64,000 nt of DNA from Minisyncoccota bacterium. Its GTDB lineage: Bacteria > Patescibacteriota > Microgenomatia > UBA1400 > PJMF01. The DNA lies in the NCBI GenBank assembly GCA_012515515.1, contig JAAYYE010000013.1:2293-66292 (forward strand). Direction: 5' to 3'. Below, one piece after another: positions 9,366 through 19,736 of this stretch; within the stretch, counting starts at the first letter, position 1; every line of letters begins with the position of its first letter. The translations under genes and the position numbers were made by a program. Under the pieces are notes generated by a model that saw only the letters and a program-made list of their open reading frames with translations, searched no databases and had not been told where the DNA came from.

Positions 9366-10730
9366 ATGACTTATAAAGAAATACATAAAATAAAAAGAAA
9401 TCTTTTGATATTTTTAATTATATTGATATTAATGCAAAATTTTAAGTTAATATTAAACACCCGAAACAAGCCATTTTTCCCGATAATAATCCAAAAAAAA
9501 AGAGAATATTCGCAAAATAAGTCGAAAAACGAAAATATAGCGAAAAGTGCTATTGATGCAGGCGAGTGTATTGGGGATTTAGCGTCTTTTCTAGGCGTTT
9601 TACCTCGAGCTAGAGAGTATTACAAACATATACAAAACATATCAGCTAGCAAGGTAAATGTTCAAGTGTTAGAGATTGCTGGGAGTGTAAAAAGCTTTAT
9701 GAATGGCTTAAAAGTCTTAGTCTCTCTTCTTATCAATTCGTTAAAGTATCGGTTTTTTATCTTTAAAAATTTTGCTGTAATTATGCGGGAAAAGCTTATC
9801 TGGCTACTTGAGGAGAATTTCTCTTCTCGAGAAGCTACTCTGGGCAAAGCTTTTGTCTTCGCTGACCTGTCTAGTGCTCCCGAGAGCATCTATCATTCTT
9901 TTAAAGTTATAGGGATATTGCACTTAGTTGCCGCTTCTAGTGCTAATATATACCTAATTTTGGATTTTTTCCAGCCCCTATTTTTTCCACTTGAGTATTT
10001 ATTTGGTCAAAAGTGCCTTTGTTTTGCTAAAATAGTTTTGGTCATTGCTTATTTTATCTTGATAAATGGGCATTTTAATCTTATTGACTCCAGTCCTTCA
10101 ATACTAAGAGCTTCGCTTTCCGTTATTTTAATTCTTGCTGCCGCTTCTTTCTTCAATTTAGCTTTTAATCGGCTCAATGTCTTATTGCTGGTTGGCATAT
10201 TATGCCTACTCATCAATCCTTTATATATACAATCCTTAGGCTTTCAATTAAGTTTTTTAGCGAGTTACATCATTCTTTTTTACTGGCCATTTGTGCAGAA
10301 AAAGCTTGGCAAATCAAACATTATTCTAAATAGTTTAATCCAAATTCTGATGTGGCCGCTCTTACTTTTTTATTTTGCTGATATTAATTTAATTGCTATA
10401 CCAGCTAATATTATAGTTACACCTCTGGTAGAGTTTTTAACGGTCTTATATTTTTTATTTATTTTTCTTAAAAACCTTCGTTTGGCTTTTTTGCCTGATT
10501 TTATTGGTAGTTTGATATACAAAGCGTGTAATATATTTTTTCAATTATTAGCTAATCTAGAGAAATTGCCGGCTAAGGCCATTCAAATTAATGACAATAA
10601 ATACTGGATAATTAGCTCTTTATTCCTTATTCACTTAGTCTTAATGTACTTGATCTTACGTGATAAAAAATTAACCAATCAAAAAAACAAATATAGGATA
10701 TTCGCTAAATGGAGCAATTGGCAGGCCTAA
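9366..10730 (+). CDS. comEC: ComEC/Rec2 membrane channel portion (DUF4131 + Competence domain), encoded separately from the MBL domain
   Basis: Polytopic membrane protein. GILHLVAASSANIYLILDF resembles the ComEC Competence-domain signature (GLxHLLAxSGLH). Stop overlaps the start of the next ORF. Confidence 0.6.
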   Translation: MTYKEIHKIKRNLLIFLIILILMQNFKLILNTRNKPFFPIIIQKKREYSQNKSKNENIAKSAIDAGECIGDLASFLGVLPRAREYYKHIQNISASKVNVQVLEIAGSVKSFMNGLKVLVSLLINSLKYRFFIFKNFAVIMREKLIWLLEENFSSREATLGKAFVFADLSSAPESIYHSFKVIGILHLVAASSANIYLILDFFQPLFFPLEYLFGQKCLCFAKIVLVIAYFILINGHFNLIDSSPSILRASLSVILILAAASFFNLAFNRLNVLLLVGILCLLINPLYIQSLGFQLSFLASYIILFYWPFVQKKLGKSNIILNSLIQILMWPLLLFYFADINLIAIPANIIVTPLVEFLTVLYFLFIFLKNLRLAFLPDFIGSLIYKACNIFFQLLANLEKLPAKAIQINDNKYWIISSLFLIHLVLMYLILRDKKLTNQKNKYRIFAKWSNWQA

Positions 10731-10731
10731 T

Positions 10732-11709
10732 ATGAAAAAATCATTAGTTTTTCTTCTTTTTATCTATTTTGCCTGGCAATTTCTTGTAAAAATGCCTGAT
10801 AAATCAGCCTATTTAATTGTATGTGATGTTGGACAGGGTGATGCGATTTTAATTCAGCAGGGTTTTTTTCAAGTCCTAATTGATACTGGCCCAGACGAGT
10901 CGGTGACCAGCTGTTTAGAGAAACATCTGCCTTTTACTGATAAAAAGATTGATATATTAGTTTTAACCCATTATGATAGCGATCATATTGGCGGTTTTGC
11001 AGCTATTGCGAAGCAGTACCAATTTGCCAACATTTTTGCTCCCCTAAGTGATTATAAAGAAAGTGAGGTTTTTCTCGAGTTAAATGAGCTATTTTCGCAG
11101 ATGATAATGAATGGAACTAGGGTGAAACAGCCGATTTTGGGGCAACAAATAGCTTATCGGGATTCTAGCCTGGAAGATTCAGCTCCCAGCATCTTGTTGA
11201 CTTTTCTAACTCCCGCTTTTCTCGAGTATGACTTTTTAGAAAATATCAATTTTTTCCAGGAGGAATCCAGGCTACCCGAAACCCTCTTATCGGCCGATAA
11301 TCCGAAAAACTTGGCCAATTCTTCAAGTACAGAAAGCACAAATGACCGATCTATCGCACTATTAATGGAATATGGGCAGTTGCGGGTTTTCTTGCCTGGT
11401 GACCTTGAGGAGGGCGGAGAACTTAGCATTCTGCACTCGGCTCTGATAGATCGAGTAGACATCCTAAAAGTAGCGCATCATGGGTCAAAAACATCGAGTA
11501 GTGAGCTGTTTTTGTCTCAAGTACTACCCGAAATGGCTATAATTTCTGTGGGTAAAAAAAATAAGTTTAATCATCCCTCACCAGAGGTTTTAGCCAATTT
11601 TCAAGCTATTTCTAGCCAAATTGTGCGTACCGACCAAAATGGGGAGGTCAAAATCAAATTATTTAAGGATCATTTCTGTTTTTTAAACAAAAAGAACAAC
11701 TTTCTGTAA
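10732..11709 (+). CDS. comEC: ComEC C-terminal metallo-beta-lactamase domain protein (separate ORF)
   Basis: MBL motif LVLTHYDSDHIGG (HxHxDH), and later KVAHHGSK. Immediately follows the ComEC membrane ORF (TAATATG junction at 10728-10734). Confidence 0.6.
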   Translation: MKKSLVFLLFIYFAWQFLVKMPDKSAYLIVCDVGQGDAILIQQGFFQVLIDTGPDESVTSCLEKHLPFTDKKIDILVLTHYDSDHIGGFAAIAKQYQFANIFAPLSDYKESEVFLELNELFSQMIMNGTRVKQPILGQQIAYRDSSLEDSAPSILLTFLTPAFLEYDFLENINFFQEESRLPETLLSADNPKNLANSSSTESTNDRSIALLMEYGQLRVFLPGDLEEGGELSILHSALIDRVDILKVAHHGSKTSSSELFLSQVLPEMAIISVGKKNKFNHPSPEVLANFQAISSQIVRTDQNGEVKIKLFKDHFCFLNKKNNFL

Positions 11710-12347
11710 GCGGCTCTTTGAGCAAGTTACAAAATTAACTGTTGTTAACAACTTAGCAATGTGGGCAGAATTGCCAAATTATTACTCACAAAATACTATG
11801 CAACAATTTCCAAAAAAATGCAAGTTTTGTGTTCAATTTAAGAAATTTTATTAAAAAAGCCAAGCAAAAATGTGCTCAATTTTGCTGAGTTTATATAGCT
11901 AATTAAGCAAAAACTGAAGCCAATTAAGCAAAAAAACATAGGCCTTTAATTTTTATTTTTCAAAAAAAAGAATAAAAAATCATTGAAATTTGTAAAAAAA
12001 TGCTGTTTATTTAAACTCTTAAATTTGGTCAAAAGTGCTGTTTTGCAAAAAAAAGAGGGAAAATTAAAGAAATTTTACTCTGGAGATCGCAAAAAGCAGC
12101 TCAAGCCAGGTACTTGAGGAAAAATTTCTTGCCAAAAAAGCGCTAGCTATGACCGAAAAACGTCCGAATTAGTAAAAGCTAGTGTTTTGCTAAAATGACA
12201 AAATTGAGTAAATATTTTTTGTCATAAAACAAGGACTAATTTCTTGCATTAAAAAAAGGCTAAGAGTAAAAAATATACTCAAAACCATTCGCCTTTTATT
12301 AGCCAAATTATAAATTCGCTAATTTTCATTAATGCTACAATAGGCTT

Positions 12348-13739
12348 ATGTTTAAGCATCAATTGACTTACATTCCTTTAAAAAAATTTAAGCAACAGTT
12401 GCCATTACTAACGATTGACTTACCTGCTGCTGAGTCAGTGACGGTGATGTTTTTAGCTAATACCGGTTCGCGTTACGAGCCCATTGGCAAAGAGGGGATT
12501 GCTCACTTTTTTGAACACATGGTTTTTAAAGGCTCTGCCAATTATCCAAATGCCAAGATTTTAGCTAGAACCTTGGACAGTGTTGGCGCTGAGTTTAATG
12601 CTTTTACCAGTAAGGAATACACTGGCTATTATGTCAAAGCTGCAGCTAATAATTTTGCTTTAGCTCTAGATGTCTTGTCGGATATGCTTTTTGCTCCTTT
12701 GCTTAAACAAAGCGATATTGATCGGGAGAAAGGAGTGATCATTGAAGAATTAAACATGTACGTGGATACGCCCCAGGCTCATATCGCTAATGTTTTTGAA
12801 GAATTGTTGTTTGCCCAGGAATCACTGGCGCATAACATTGTTGGCAATAAGGCCAGTATTCGCTCGCTCACCAGTGCCGATTTTCAAAATTTTCTCAATA
12901 ATTTTTATGGTCCAGAAAATTTGCTCTTAGTGCTGGCTGGCGGTTTAGATAAAATTGCGCCAAAGCAAAAACTTTTAGCAGACAAAGTTGCTGCTACTTT
13001 TAACAAATTAAATAATAAGCGCGGGCAAAATCAAAAGTTGGCGGTGCCGAAAGTTGAACGCAAGGTGGAGGCTGAACAAAGCAAGGGCGCTCAGCCCACC
13101 ATGGTCAACGAAATCGCCTTTTCTAAGCGTCGATTCAAATTGGTCAAACGGGCTAGTGAACAAGCCCATTTTGTGATGGCTTGGCCAGCGCTAGATCTTC
13201 ATCATCCTGATCGTTATGTTTTGTCAGTTTTAGCTGTGATTTTAGGCGGCAACATGAGTTCTCGCTTATTTACTGAAGTTCGCGAAAAACGTGGCTTATG
13301 CTACTACGTGAGGAGTGATTTTGAATATTATCATGATTGTGGTTATCTAGGAGCGAGTGCCGGTGTCGATCCCAATCGCTTACGAGAGGCTATTCAGGCC
13401 AGTAAAGATGTTTTTTATAATTTAGCCAATAAACGGGGCCAAGTGGGAGAGACTGGCTTAATTAGCGCTGCAGAATTGCTACGTGCTCAAAATTACCTTA
13501 AAGGCAGAACCTTGCTCAATTTAGAGGAAAGCAATAATGTCGCCCAATTTTACGGCTTTAAACAGCTCTTAAATGACAAAATTCTGTCACCCAAGGAAGT
13601 TATAGCGAAAATCGAAGCGGTGACCGTCAAAGATCTTCAGCGATTGGCTAAACTTATTTTTCAAAAGGAACAGTTGCGCTTCGCGATTATTGGCAATTTT
13701 GCCAATGCTAAAGAAATTCAACAGTGGGTTTTTGCATAA
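12348..13739 (+). CDS. M16 (pitrilysin) family zinc peptidase
   Basis: Inverted zinc motif HFFEHMVFKGS (HxxEH) near the N-terminus. Size and layout typical of M16B. Confidence 0.7.
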   Translation: MFKHQLTYIPLKKFKQQLPLLTIDLPAAESVTVMFLANTGSRYEPIGKEGIAHFFEHMVFKGSANYPNAKILARTLDSVGAEFNAFTSKEYTGYYVKAAANNFALALDVLSDMLFAPLLKQSDIDREKGVIIEELNMYVDTPQAHIANVFEELLFAQESLAHNIVGNKASIRSLTSADFQNFLNNFYGPENLLLVLAGGLDKIAPKQKLLADKVAATFNKLNNKRGQNQKLAVPKVERKVEAEQSKGAQPTMVNEIAFSKRRFKLVKRASEQAHFVMAWPALDLHHPDRYVLSVLAVILGGNMSSRLFTEVREKRGLCYYVRSDFEYYHDCGYLGASAGVDPNRLREAIQASKDVFYNLANKRGQVGETGLISAAELLRAQNYLKGRTLLNLEESNNVAQFYGFKQLLNDKILSPKEVIAKIEAVTVKDLQRLAKLIFQKEQLRFAIIGNFANAKEIQQWVFA

Positions 13740-14175
13740 TTAGTTTAATTGTTTTGCTGAATTTTTCTTTAAATATTTATTGAATTTGTTAGTTTGTTTA
13801 GTTTGTTAGTAAATTTTTCGCTGAATTTTTTATTAATTTCATTAAATTTTTTCCCAATTAATGCGCTAATTGTTGTGCGAGCTCTTAATTTAATTAACTT
13901 ATTTTTGATTAGTATATTTACTTTTTGATATATTAATTAATATTTGGATTGATTAAAGTCGAGCAGGCAATTTAATCATCTTTTTTCGTATGCATTAATT
14001 AACCTTTTGATATTTTGTTTAATAAATTGATATATATAAATTGAAGGAATTTTTCTTTATTTAGCCACTTTTAGGCGCTCTTTAGCTAATAAAAAACTGC
14101 ACTTGGCTTTTAGGTAATTTTTTAAGATAATCGGCAGTAGACTAATTATTTTTAATTAAAAAAAGGAATTGCCTT

Positions 14176-14664
14176 ATGAAAACGAGTCGCACTGCAGTTT
14201 TAGTAAAACCCGATGGTTTACAAAGAGGTTTGATCGGGGAGATCATCAGTCGTTTTGAGCGCAAGGGCTTAAAATTAGTTGGCTTAAAAATGTTAAGAAT
14301 GGACGATCAGCAACTTGATCAATGGTATAGCGAACATAGAGAAAAAGCTTTTTTTCGCGACCTCAAGACTTTCATGGGCTCAATGCCGATAGTGGCCATG
14401 GTTTGGGAGGGAATTGATGCTGTGCCAGTAGTTAGATTATTGGTTGGTACCACTTTGGGTAGGCAAGCTGAAGGCGGCTCAATTCGAGGTGATTTTGGCA
14501 TGAGTCAGCAAATGAACTTAATTCATGCTTCTTCAAGTAATGAAGATGCCCAGCGCGAAATCGAAATAGTTTTTGGCAAAGACGAGCTCTTTCATTATCA
14601 CGGAGTTACCGAGGCCGTGATTTACGCTGAAGGAGAAGTTGAGCCTAGTGAAGATGATAGCTAA
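14176..14664 (+). CDS. ndk: Nucleoside diphosphate kinase
   Basis: NDK fold signature including the NLIHASSS region (active-site His) and the KPDG(L)QRGLIGEII N-terminus. Short acidic C-terminal tail. Confidence 0.85.
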   Translation: MKTSRTAVLVKPDGLQRGLIGEIISRFERKGLKLVGLKMLRMDDQQLDQWYSEHREKAFFRDLKTFMGSMPIVAMVWEGIDAVPVVRLLVGTTLGRQAEGGSIRGDFGMSQQMNLIHASSSNEDAQREIEIVFGKDELFHYHGVTEAVIYAEGEVEPSEDDS

Positions 14665-14698
14665 ATTAGGTCTTTACTAGCTTAGATCATAATCTTGA

Positions 14699-15367
14699 CT
14701 AATTTTTTTTATTAATCACTTTACTACCAACAAGGATTAGGGTAGAGGCCAAGAGCATTTCGGCAGTTTCCTCAATTGTCACCAGGCAAAAATAGCTGTT
14801 TTCGTTTAATGATCCTGTTGAGCTAAAAACTTCAGTTAATAAGACAGTGAATAAACTGAAACCACTGAGAGCTAAAATCCAAAAATTGTCTTTCATTTGG
14901 GATTGAAAATATCTTAACCAATAGCCATACCAAAGGCCAAAAATGAGGATGAAAGGCAAGTAATATAGAATCCACAAGGAAGATCGATAGCCCATTTTCA
15001 TTGAAGCCTCAACTATCCTGCTGGGATGAAAAAGATCAAAATATTCAAAAACTCGATAAATATTTTCGTGAATTTGGAGTAATTCATCCAAGCCTAGGTA
15101 AATGAGAAAAATCGACAAAGACAACAAGAAACTTTTCAAATTACCCTTTAGTAACTTCGAGAAATAAAACATAAAGAACAACAGACCAAACGTTATTAGT
15201 TTGAAAGATTGATAATAGGTTGGCAGGTTTTGCTCAAAATCTAAATGAAAAAAATGATTATATTTACCAAAGAAGAGGTGTATTAGCAGCACCAGCGAGT
15301 CAAGAAAGATTAAGTACAAAAATATTTTTTTGTTTTGCTTGAACAGCTTCTTAAGAAATACTTTCAT
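14699..15367 (-). CDS. Hypothetical polytopic membrane protein
   Basis: 222-aa ORF with several hydrophobic, aromatic-rich segments. No recognisable motif. Confidence 0.4.
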   Translation of the reverse strand: MKVFLKKLFKQNKKIFLYLIFLDSLVLLIHLFFGKYNHFFHLDFEQNLPTYYQSFKLITFGLLFFMFYFSKLLKGNLKSFLLSLSIFLIYLGLDELLQIHENIYRVFEYFDLFHPSRIVEASMKMGYRSSLWILYYLPFILIFGLWYGYWLRYFQSQMKDNFWILALSGFSLFTVLLTEVFSSTGSLNENSYFCLVTIEETAEMLLASTLILVGSKVINKKN

Positions 15368-15538
15368 CAGTTTATTTTAAATGAAAAATGCTTGATGAGC
15401 CAGGTGGTAATAATTGCTGCCTCTTTTTATAAATTGTAAGTGTTAATTGTATAAATAATGATTTGTTAATTGTTTAATATTATGATACTATATATTTAGC
15501 CTGGATAACATATACAATTGTTAATTAATTAAAATATT

Positions 15539-16708
15539 ATGAGCAATTATACATATAAAAATATACTTCTTGTGAACCCAGATTTCGATTCTAAATTAAC
15601 AAGTTTAATTATTGATTTAGATTATTTAAGAAAAAGAGAGATGCAGGGCACAACCCCAGCACCAATTTTTTTTCAATTGAAGAGTCTTTTTCACACCTTA
15701 GAAAGTATTGGCTCGGCTCGCATAGAAGGAAATCATACGACCATAGCAGAATTTATTGAGAATAAAATTCAAAAGAATAAAAAACTCTCTGATGAGAAAA
15801 TAAAAGAAATTGAAAACGTTGAAAAAGCATTAAACTTTATTGATAAAACAGTGCGAAAAAATTTTCGTATAGATGGTGAAGTAATAAGGCACTTACATTC
15901 AATTGTTGTGGATGGACTGTCATCAACTGGTGAGGGTGATAAAAATGCTGGAGAATACAGAGAAAATGATGTAAGAATTGCTGGATCTTTACATATTCCG
16001 CCACCCAAATCTGAAGTGAGATATTATATGAAGGAACTCACAGCGTTTATTAATAAAGAAGATGAGGCCAGATATGATTTACTCAAAATTGCTTTAACGC
16101 ATCATAGATTTGTTTGGATACATCCTTTTGGAAATGGAAACGGAAGAACTGTTAGGCTGCTAACTTATGCACAGCTGGTAAAAGCAGGATTTAATGTAGA
16201 AAGAGCTGGAAGAATTATTAATCCAACAGCTATTTTTTGTGGCGATAGAAATAAATACTATGATTATTTAGCTGCGGCTGATTTTGGAACTAGGGAGGGT
16301 TTATTACAGTGGTGCGAGTACGTGCTTACTGGTCTTAAGGAAGAAATAGAAAAAGTTGACAAACTAACAAATTATTCTTATTTATCAGAGAACATATTAT
16401 TGCCAGCAATAAATTTTTCTTTAGATAGAAAAGTTTTAAATGAAACTGAAGCAAGTATCTTAAGGATAGCTTTAAAAGTGAATGGAGGTAGAGGATTTCA
16501 GGCAAAAGATGTTGGGGGTGTTTTTCGAGGAAAACATATGTCTCATGTGTCTAGATATATTGGACGAATGAAGAATAGCCATTTAATTTCTCCAACAACT
16601 AAGAATGCAAGAAAATATTTGATTGATTTTCAAAATAATTATTTAATTAGAGGGGTTATTAAGATGTTAGATAATAACAACTTTTTACCACTTAAAAATG
16701 AAGTTTAG
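15539..16708 (+). CDS. Fic/Doc family protein (class II, N-terminal inhibitory motif), variant active-site motif
   Basis: Fic core HPFGNGNGRTVR (canonical HPFx[D/E]GNGRxxR, here N at the D/E position). Upstream inhibitory-helix motif SARIEGN ([S/T]xxxE[G/N]). Confidence 0.8.
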   Translation: MSNYTYKNILLVNPDFDSKLTSLIIDLDYLRKREMQGTTPAPIFFQLKSLFHTLESIGSARIEGNHTTIAEFIENKIQKNKKLSDEKIKEIENVEKALNFIDKTVRKNFRIDGEVIRHLHSIVVDGLSSTGEGDKNAGEYRENDVRIAGSLHIPPPKSEVRYYMKELTAFINKEDEARYDLLKIALTHHRFVWIHPFGNGNGRTVRLLTYAQLVKAGFNVERAGRIINPTAIFCGDRNKYYDYLAAADFGTREGLLQWCEYVLTGLKEEIEKVDKLTNYSYLSENILLPAINFSLDRKVLNETEASILRIALKVNGGRGFQAKDVGGVFRGKHMSHVSRYIGRMKNSHLISPTTKNARKYLIDFQNNYLIRGVIKMLDNNNFLPLKNEV

Positions 16709-16731
16709 TTTTTTAATGATGTTTTATACTG

Positions 16732-16803
16732 TGCCTCCACCAAGAGTCGAACTTGGATTTAAGGTTTAGGAAACCTTCGTTCTATCCGTTGAACTATAGA
16801 GGC
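16732..16803 (-). tRNA. tRNA-Arg (anticodon CCT)
   Basis: Reverse complement GCCTCTATAGTTCAACGGATAGAACGAAGGTTTCCTAAACCTTAAATCCAAGTTCGACTCTTGGTGGAGGCA folds as a cloverleaf. Anticodon loop TTCCTAA. No encoded CCA. Confidence 0.8.
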
Positions 16804-16813
16804 TATATTTTTG

Positions 16814-16887
16814 TCGGAGATGGCGGACTCGAACCGCCGACCTCGGCGTCCCGAACGCCGCACTCTAGCCATCTGAGCTAATCTCCG
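16814..16887 (-). tRNA. tRNA-Pro (anticodon CGG)
   Basis: Reverse complement CGGAGATTAGCTCAGATGGCTAGAGTGCGGCGTTCGGGACGCCGAGGTCGGCGGTTCGAGTCCGCCATCTCCGA. Anticodon loop TTCGGGA with G37. No encoded CCA. Confidence 0.8.
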
Positions 16888-16975
16888 GTTCTAAATTAAT
16901 TCTCCCTTATTAAACGCTGATCAAACACTTATTAAACAAATTTTGCTTTTAATTGCTGTTAATTTTTTACTAACC

Positions 16976-18478
16976 TTATTTTAGATTAATCGCGTATAGA
17001 TTAAATGGTGAGTCTGGGCTAAAGCTAGTAAAGATAATAATCTGACTGCCGTCTGGCCAGGGATAGACAAATTCGTCAATAAATGGACCCGAATAAATAA
17101 CCGTATTATTTTGCCCATCATATTCCATAATTTGTACTTTGCCATCTGCGACATAGAGTAAATGTTTGGAATCAGGAAACCACTGCAAACTGTTTAGACT
17201 AACTCCAGAATAATAATTAGCAAAATTAGCTGTTGTGGTAATCTTATCGATCGCCAAATCAGCTTGTAAACGCAAGAAAGATTCTGGAGAAGCTTCTAGT
17301 TGGCGCATTTTCTCACTGAACAAGTCGTCGCTAAGCAATTGTTTATTGAGGAAAGTCGATGTTGTTTCTTGAGCCTGTGTGCTAATTGCCTGTTGCTGAT
17401 TTTCCGACTCATCACCAACAACTCCTAACTTTTGTAAAGGAAAATTAGGGCGAACTTCTTCGTTTAAGACCAAAAAGTTTTTATCTTCTTCTCGATCATA
17501 AACATAAATATTGCCCGCAGTTAGATTTCTTTTTTCCTCTTGATTGCTGGTGGTTGGCAATGGAGGCACTAATCCTTCAGGTAAAGTAAGGTCAGCAGTG
17601 GCAGTATAAAGTAATCTCTTTTTATCTGGAGAGATATAAACATTTTTTGCAGATTCAGTTGCCACTTGGATGATTTCTTCAGGAAATTTTTCTAAGAACA
17701 AGCGTTCTTTTTGATAAATTTCTTCTTCCCAAGCTGATAAAGTTTTACTTCTTGAAAAAGAAATATCGCTTTGTTCTAGCAAAGAAGTTTTTCTACTAAG
17801 GGAAATTAAAAATTCTTTTCCGCCAAATTCTTCATCGACCAAAATCATTGCCTCTTGACTATCAGGAGACCAAATAATATGTGCTTTGTCTAGTTCTAAA
17901 GCAGGAATATCATCAGTAATTTGTCGAGGTCCACTTTGTAATGATAAAAAATTGCTAGTTAACTCTAATAAATAGAAGCCATTATTGGCTACCGAGCCAG
18001 CTTGGTTAACAAAAAATAAAATTTTTTGCCCATCGGGAGAAGGGTAGAGATTACTCACACCAGTAAAAGTAAGAGGTGAGAGGCTGGGAGCTGTAGGAAA
18101 CAAAGTAGCATTAGTTTGACTAACCAACTCTTTTTGCACCAGTAATTTTTTTTGCCAGGGTGAATAACCTTCTTTAACAATTTTTACCCAATATTCTCCT
18201 GGATCAATGTAGATAGTATCATCAGTGGCAGTGACCAGGCGATCGTTAATAAAAACTTGAGCGCCAGTGGGAAAAGAATTAGCATTTAACAAACCGGTGT
18301 TAGCCACCATGCCTTCTTTAGTAAATCGCCAACTACCACGAGCATAGCGAATGGCCAGAACACTACCCGCCACAATTATCAGCAAAGAAAAGAGGGCATA
18401 TCCCAATCTGCTGGCAAAAATTTTTTTAACCGAAGTAAGCGTTTTTTTGAAAAAGTTTTGTTTGTTATTCTTTGTCAT
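16976..18478 (-). CDS. Membrane-anchored PEGA-domain protein with PD40/WD40-like beta-propeller repeats
   Basis: N-terminal TM helix. PEGA-like AQVFINDRLVTATDDTIYIDPGEYWVKIVKEGYSPW. Repeated (W/F)SPD...(L/I)LY motifs typical of TolB-like PD40 blades. Confidence 0.5.
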   Translation of the reverse strand: MTKNNKQNFFKKTLTSVKKIFASRLGYALFSLLIIVAGSVLAIRYARGSWRFTKEGMVANTGLLNANSFPTGAQVFINDRLVTATDDTIYIDPGEYWVKIVKEGYSPWQKKLLVQKELVSQTNATLFPTAPSLSPLTFTGVSNLYPSPDGQKILFFVNQAGSVANNGFYLLELTSNFLSLQSGPRQITDDIPALELDKAHIIWSPDSQEAMILVDEEFGGKEFLISLSRKTSLLEQSDISFSRSKTLSAWEEEIYQKERLFLEKFPEEIIQVATESAKNVYISPDKKRLLYTATADLTLPEGLVPPLPTTSNQEEKRNLTAGNIYVYDREEDKNFLVLNEEVRPNFPLQKLGVVGDESENQQQAISTQAQETTSTFLNKQLLSDDLFSEKMRQLEASPESFLRLQADLAIDKITTTANFANYYSGVSLNSLQWFPDSKHLLYVADGKVQIMEYDGQNNTVIYSGPFIDEFVYPWPDGSQIIIFTSFSPDSPFNLYAINLK

Positions 18479-18551
18479 TAGATAATCAATTCTTTAATTA
18501 ATACTTTTGTGCCTTGTTCTTGTGTGGGTCTTTGACTATTATATCAATTAG

Positions 18552-19682
18552 ATGACTAAAAGTCTTGATTTTTTGCAAAAGAGTGAACGGCCCTCATTTT
18601 GGCAACGTTTTGATTGGCGCCAGGCTTTGGCTATTGATTTGGGCAGTAATGAAATTCGCATTTTTCGAGTAAATTTACACAAAAAAGAGCAAATGGAAAT
18701 TCTTAATATTGACCAAGCTTGTGTGGCTGTCAAAAGAACCAGTCGCTTACAACAACCCAAAGTCTTGGCCATTGGTCGAGATGCTTTAGAGATGCGTGAA
18801 AGATTTGGCGAAGAAGTCGACGTGATCTTTCCCATAGTGGCTGGGAGGATTGTTGACGAAAAATTAGCAAAAATCTTAGTCAAAGAATTGCTCAAAAGAG
18901 CACTTAGAGTTGATCGAATTTTACCCTTTGTCATCAGCCCAGTGATCGTACTCACGGTGAAAGCTGGCAGCAGTGAGTTTTCGCGACGCAACTTATGTCG
19001 CTTATTTTATGACTTAGGCGTCAGTGAGTTGCACTTATTGGTGGAACCATTGGCGGCTGCCATTGGTGCCGGCCTACCAATCGCCGACACAAACGGAGCG
19101 CTCCTGGTGCAAATGGGGGCAGCAGGCGTAGAGGCAGCCGCCTTATCTTTAGGTTCGCTGGTTAGTTTTCAAAGCAATTTGTGGACGGGAACAGTGGCTG
19201 GTTGGGAGCTAGATGAATTATTGCGCGCCTATTTGGTTAAAAAACATCATTTATTAATCACTTTAGAAGCGAGTGAGCAACTGAAAAAACAAATTGATCT
19301 AGACTTGATTCAAGAAGACCAGCTGGCTACTCAAAAATCATTCAAGCTGATTGGTAAAGACTTGCTGAGTAAAAAAGCCAAAACAATTAATGTCAGCAAT
19401 CAAGAATTGGTCAAGGCGCTTGAGCCGATCATCAAAGACTACTTGTTGTTAATTGAACAACTTTTGCAAGAAATGCCCAACGCCTTATTAAGCGACATAC
19501 TGGATAGGGGTATCCTGTTATCTGGTAATTTAGCCAAGTTAAAGGGTTTAGACCGCTTTTTAGCTCGATCGTTAAAAATGCCGGTGGCAGTAGTTGAAGA
19601 TCCTGATTTAGCGGCTGCGACTGGCGCGCTGACAGTTTTAGAAAATATAGAATTATTTAAAGCTAGTTTAGCTTATCTTTAA
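18552..19682 (+). CDS. mreB: Rod-shape determining actin homologue MreB-like
   Basis: AIDLGSNEIRIF phosphate-1 motif. EPLAAAIGAGLPI matches the MreB EEPMAAAIGAGLP motif. C-terminal LLSGNLAKLKGLDRFL...VAVVEDPDLAAATGA parallels the MreB end. Confidence 0.65.
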   Translation: MTKSLDFLQKSERPSFWQRFDWRQALAIDLGSNEIRIFRVNLHKKEQMEILNIDQACVAVKRTSRLQQPKVLAIGRDALEMRERFGEEVDVIFPIVAGRIVDEKLAKILVKELLKRALRVDRILPFVISPVIVLTVKAGSSEFSRRNLCRLFYDLGVSELHLLVEPLAAAIGAGLPIADTNGALLVQMGAAGVEAAALSLGSLVSFQSNLWTGTVAGWELDELLRAYLVKKHHLLITLEASEQLKKQIDLDLIQEDQLATQKSFKLIGKDLLSKKAKTINVSNQELVKALEPIIKDYLLLIEQLLQEMPNALLSDILDRGILLSGNLAKLKGLDRFLARSLKMPVAVVEDPDLAAATGALTVLENIELFKASLAYL

Positions 19683-19736
19683 TTTTGTCTACTATTTGCC
19701 TGTTAAAGTAAATTTACTCTAAGTCGTTTGACATTT

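Noticed and set aside
11710-12347. 640-bp AT-rich intergenic region searched for a small gene or ncRNA
   Set aside because: No ORF with coding character, and no recognisable RNA motif or stable inverted repeats. Likely a promoter-rich spacer.
14665-16731. Direct repeat of the tRNA-Arg 3' end marking a Fic-containing island
   Set aside because: Inspected the ndk-fic spacer and the fic upstream region for copies of CCACCAAGAGTCGAAC and found none, so the island idea is left as a hypothesis in the findings.
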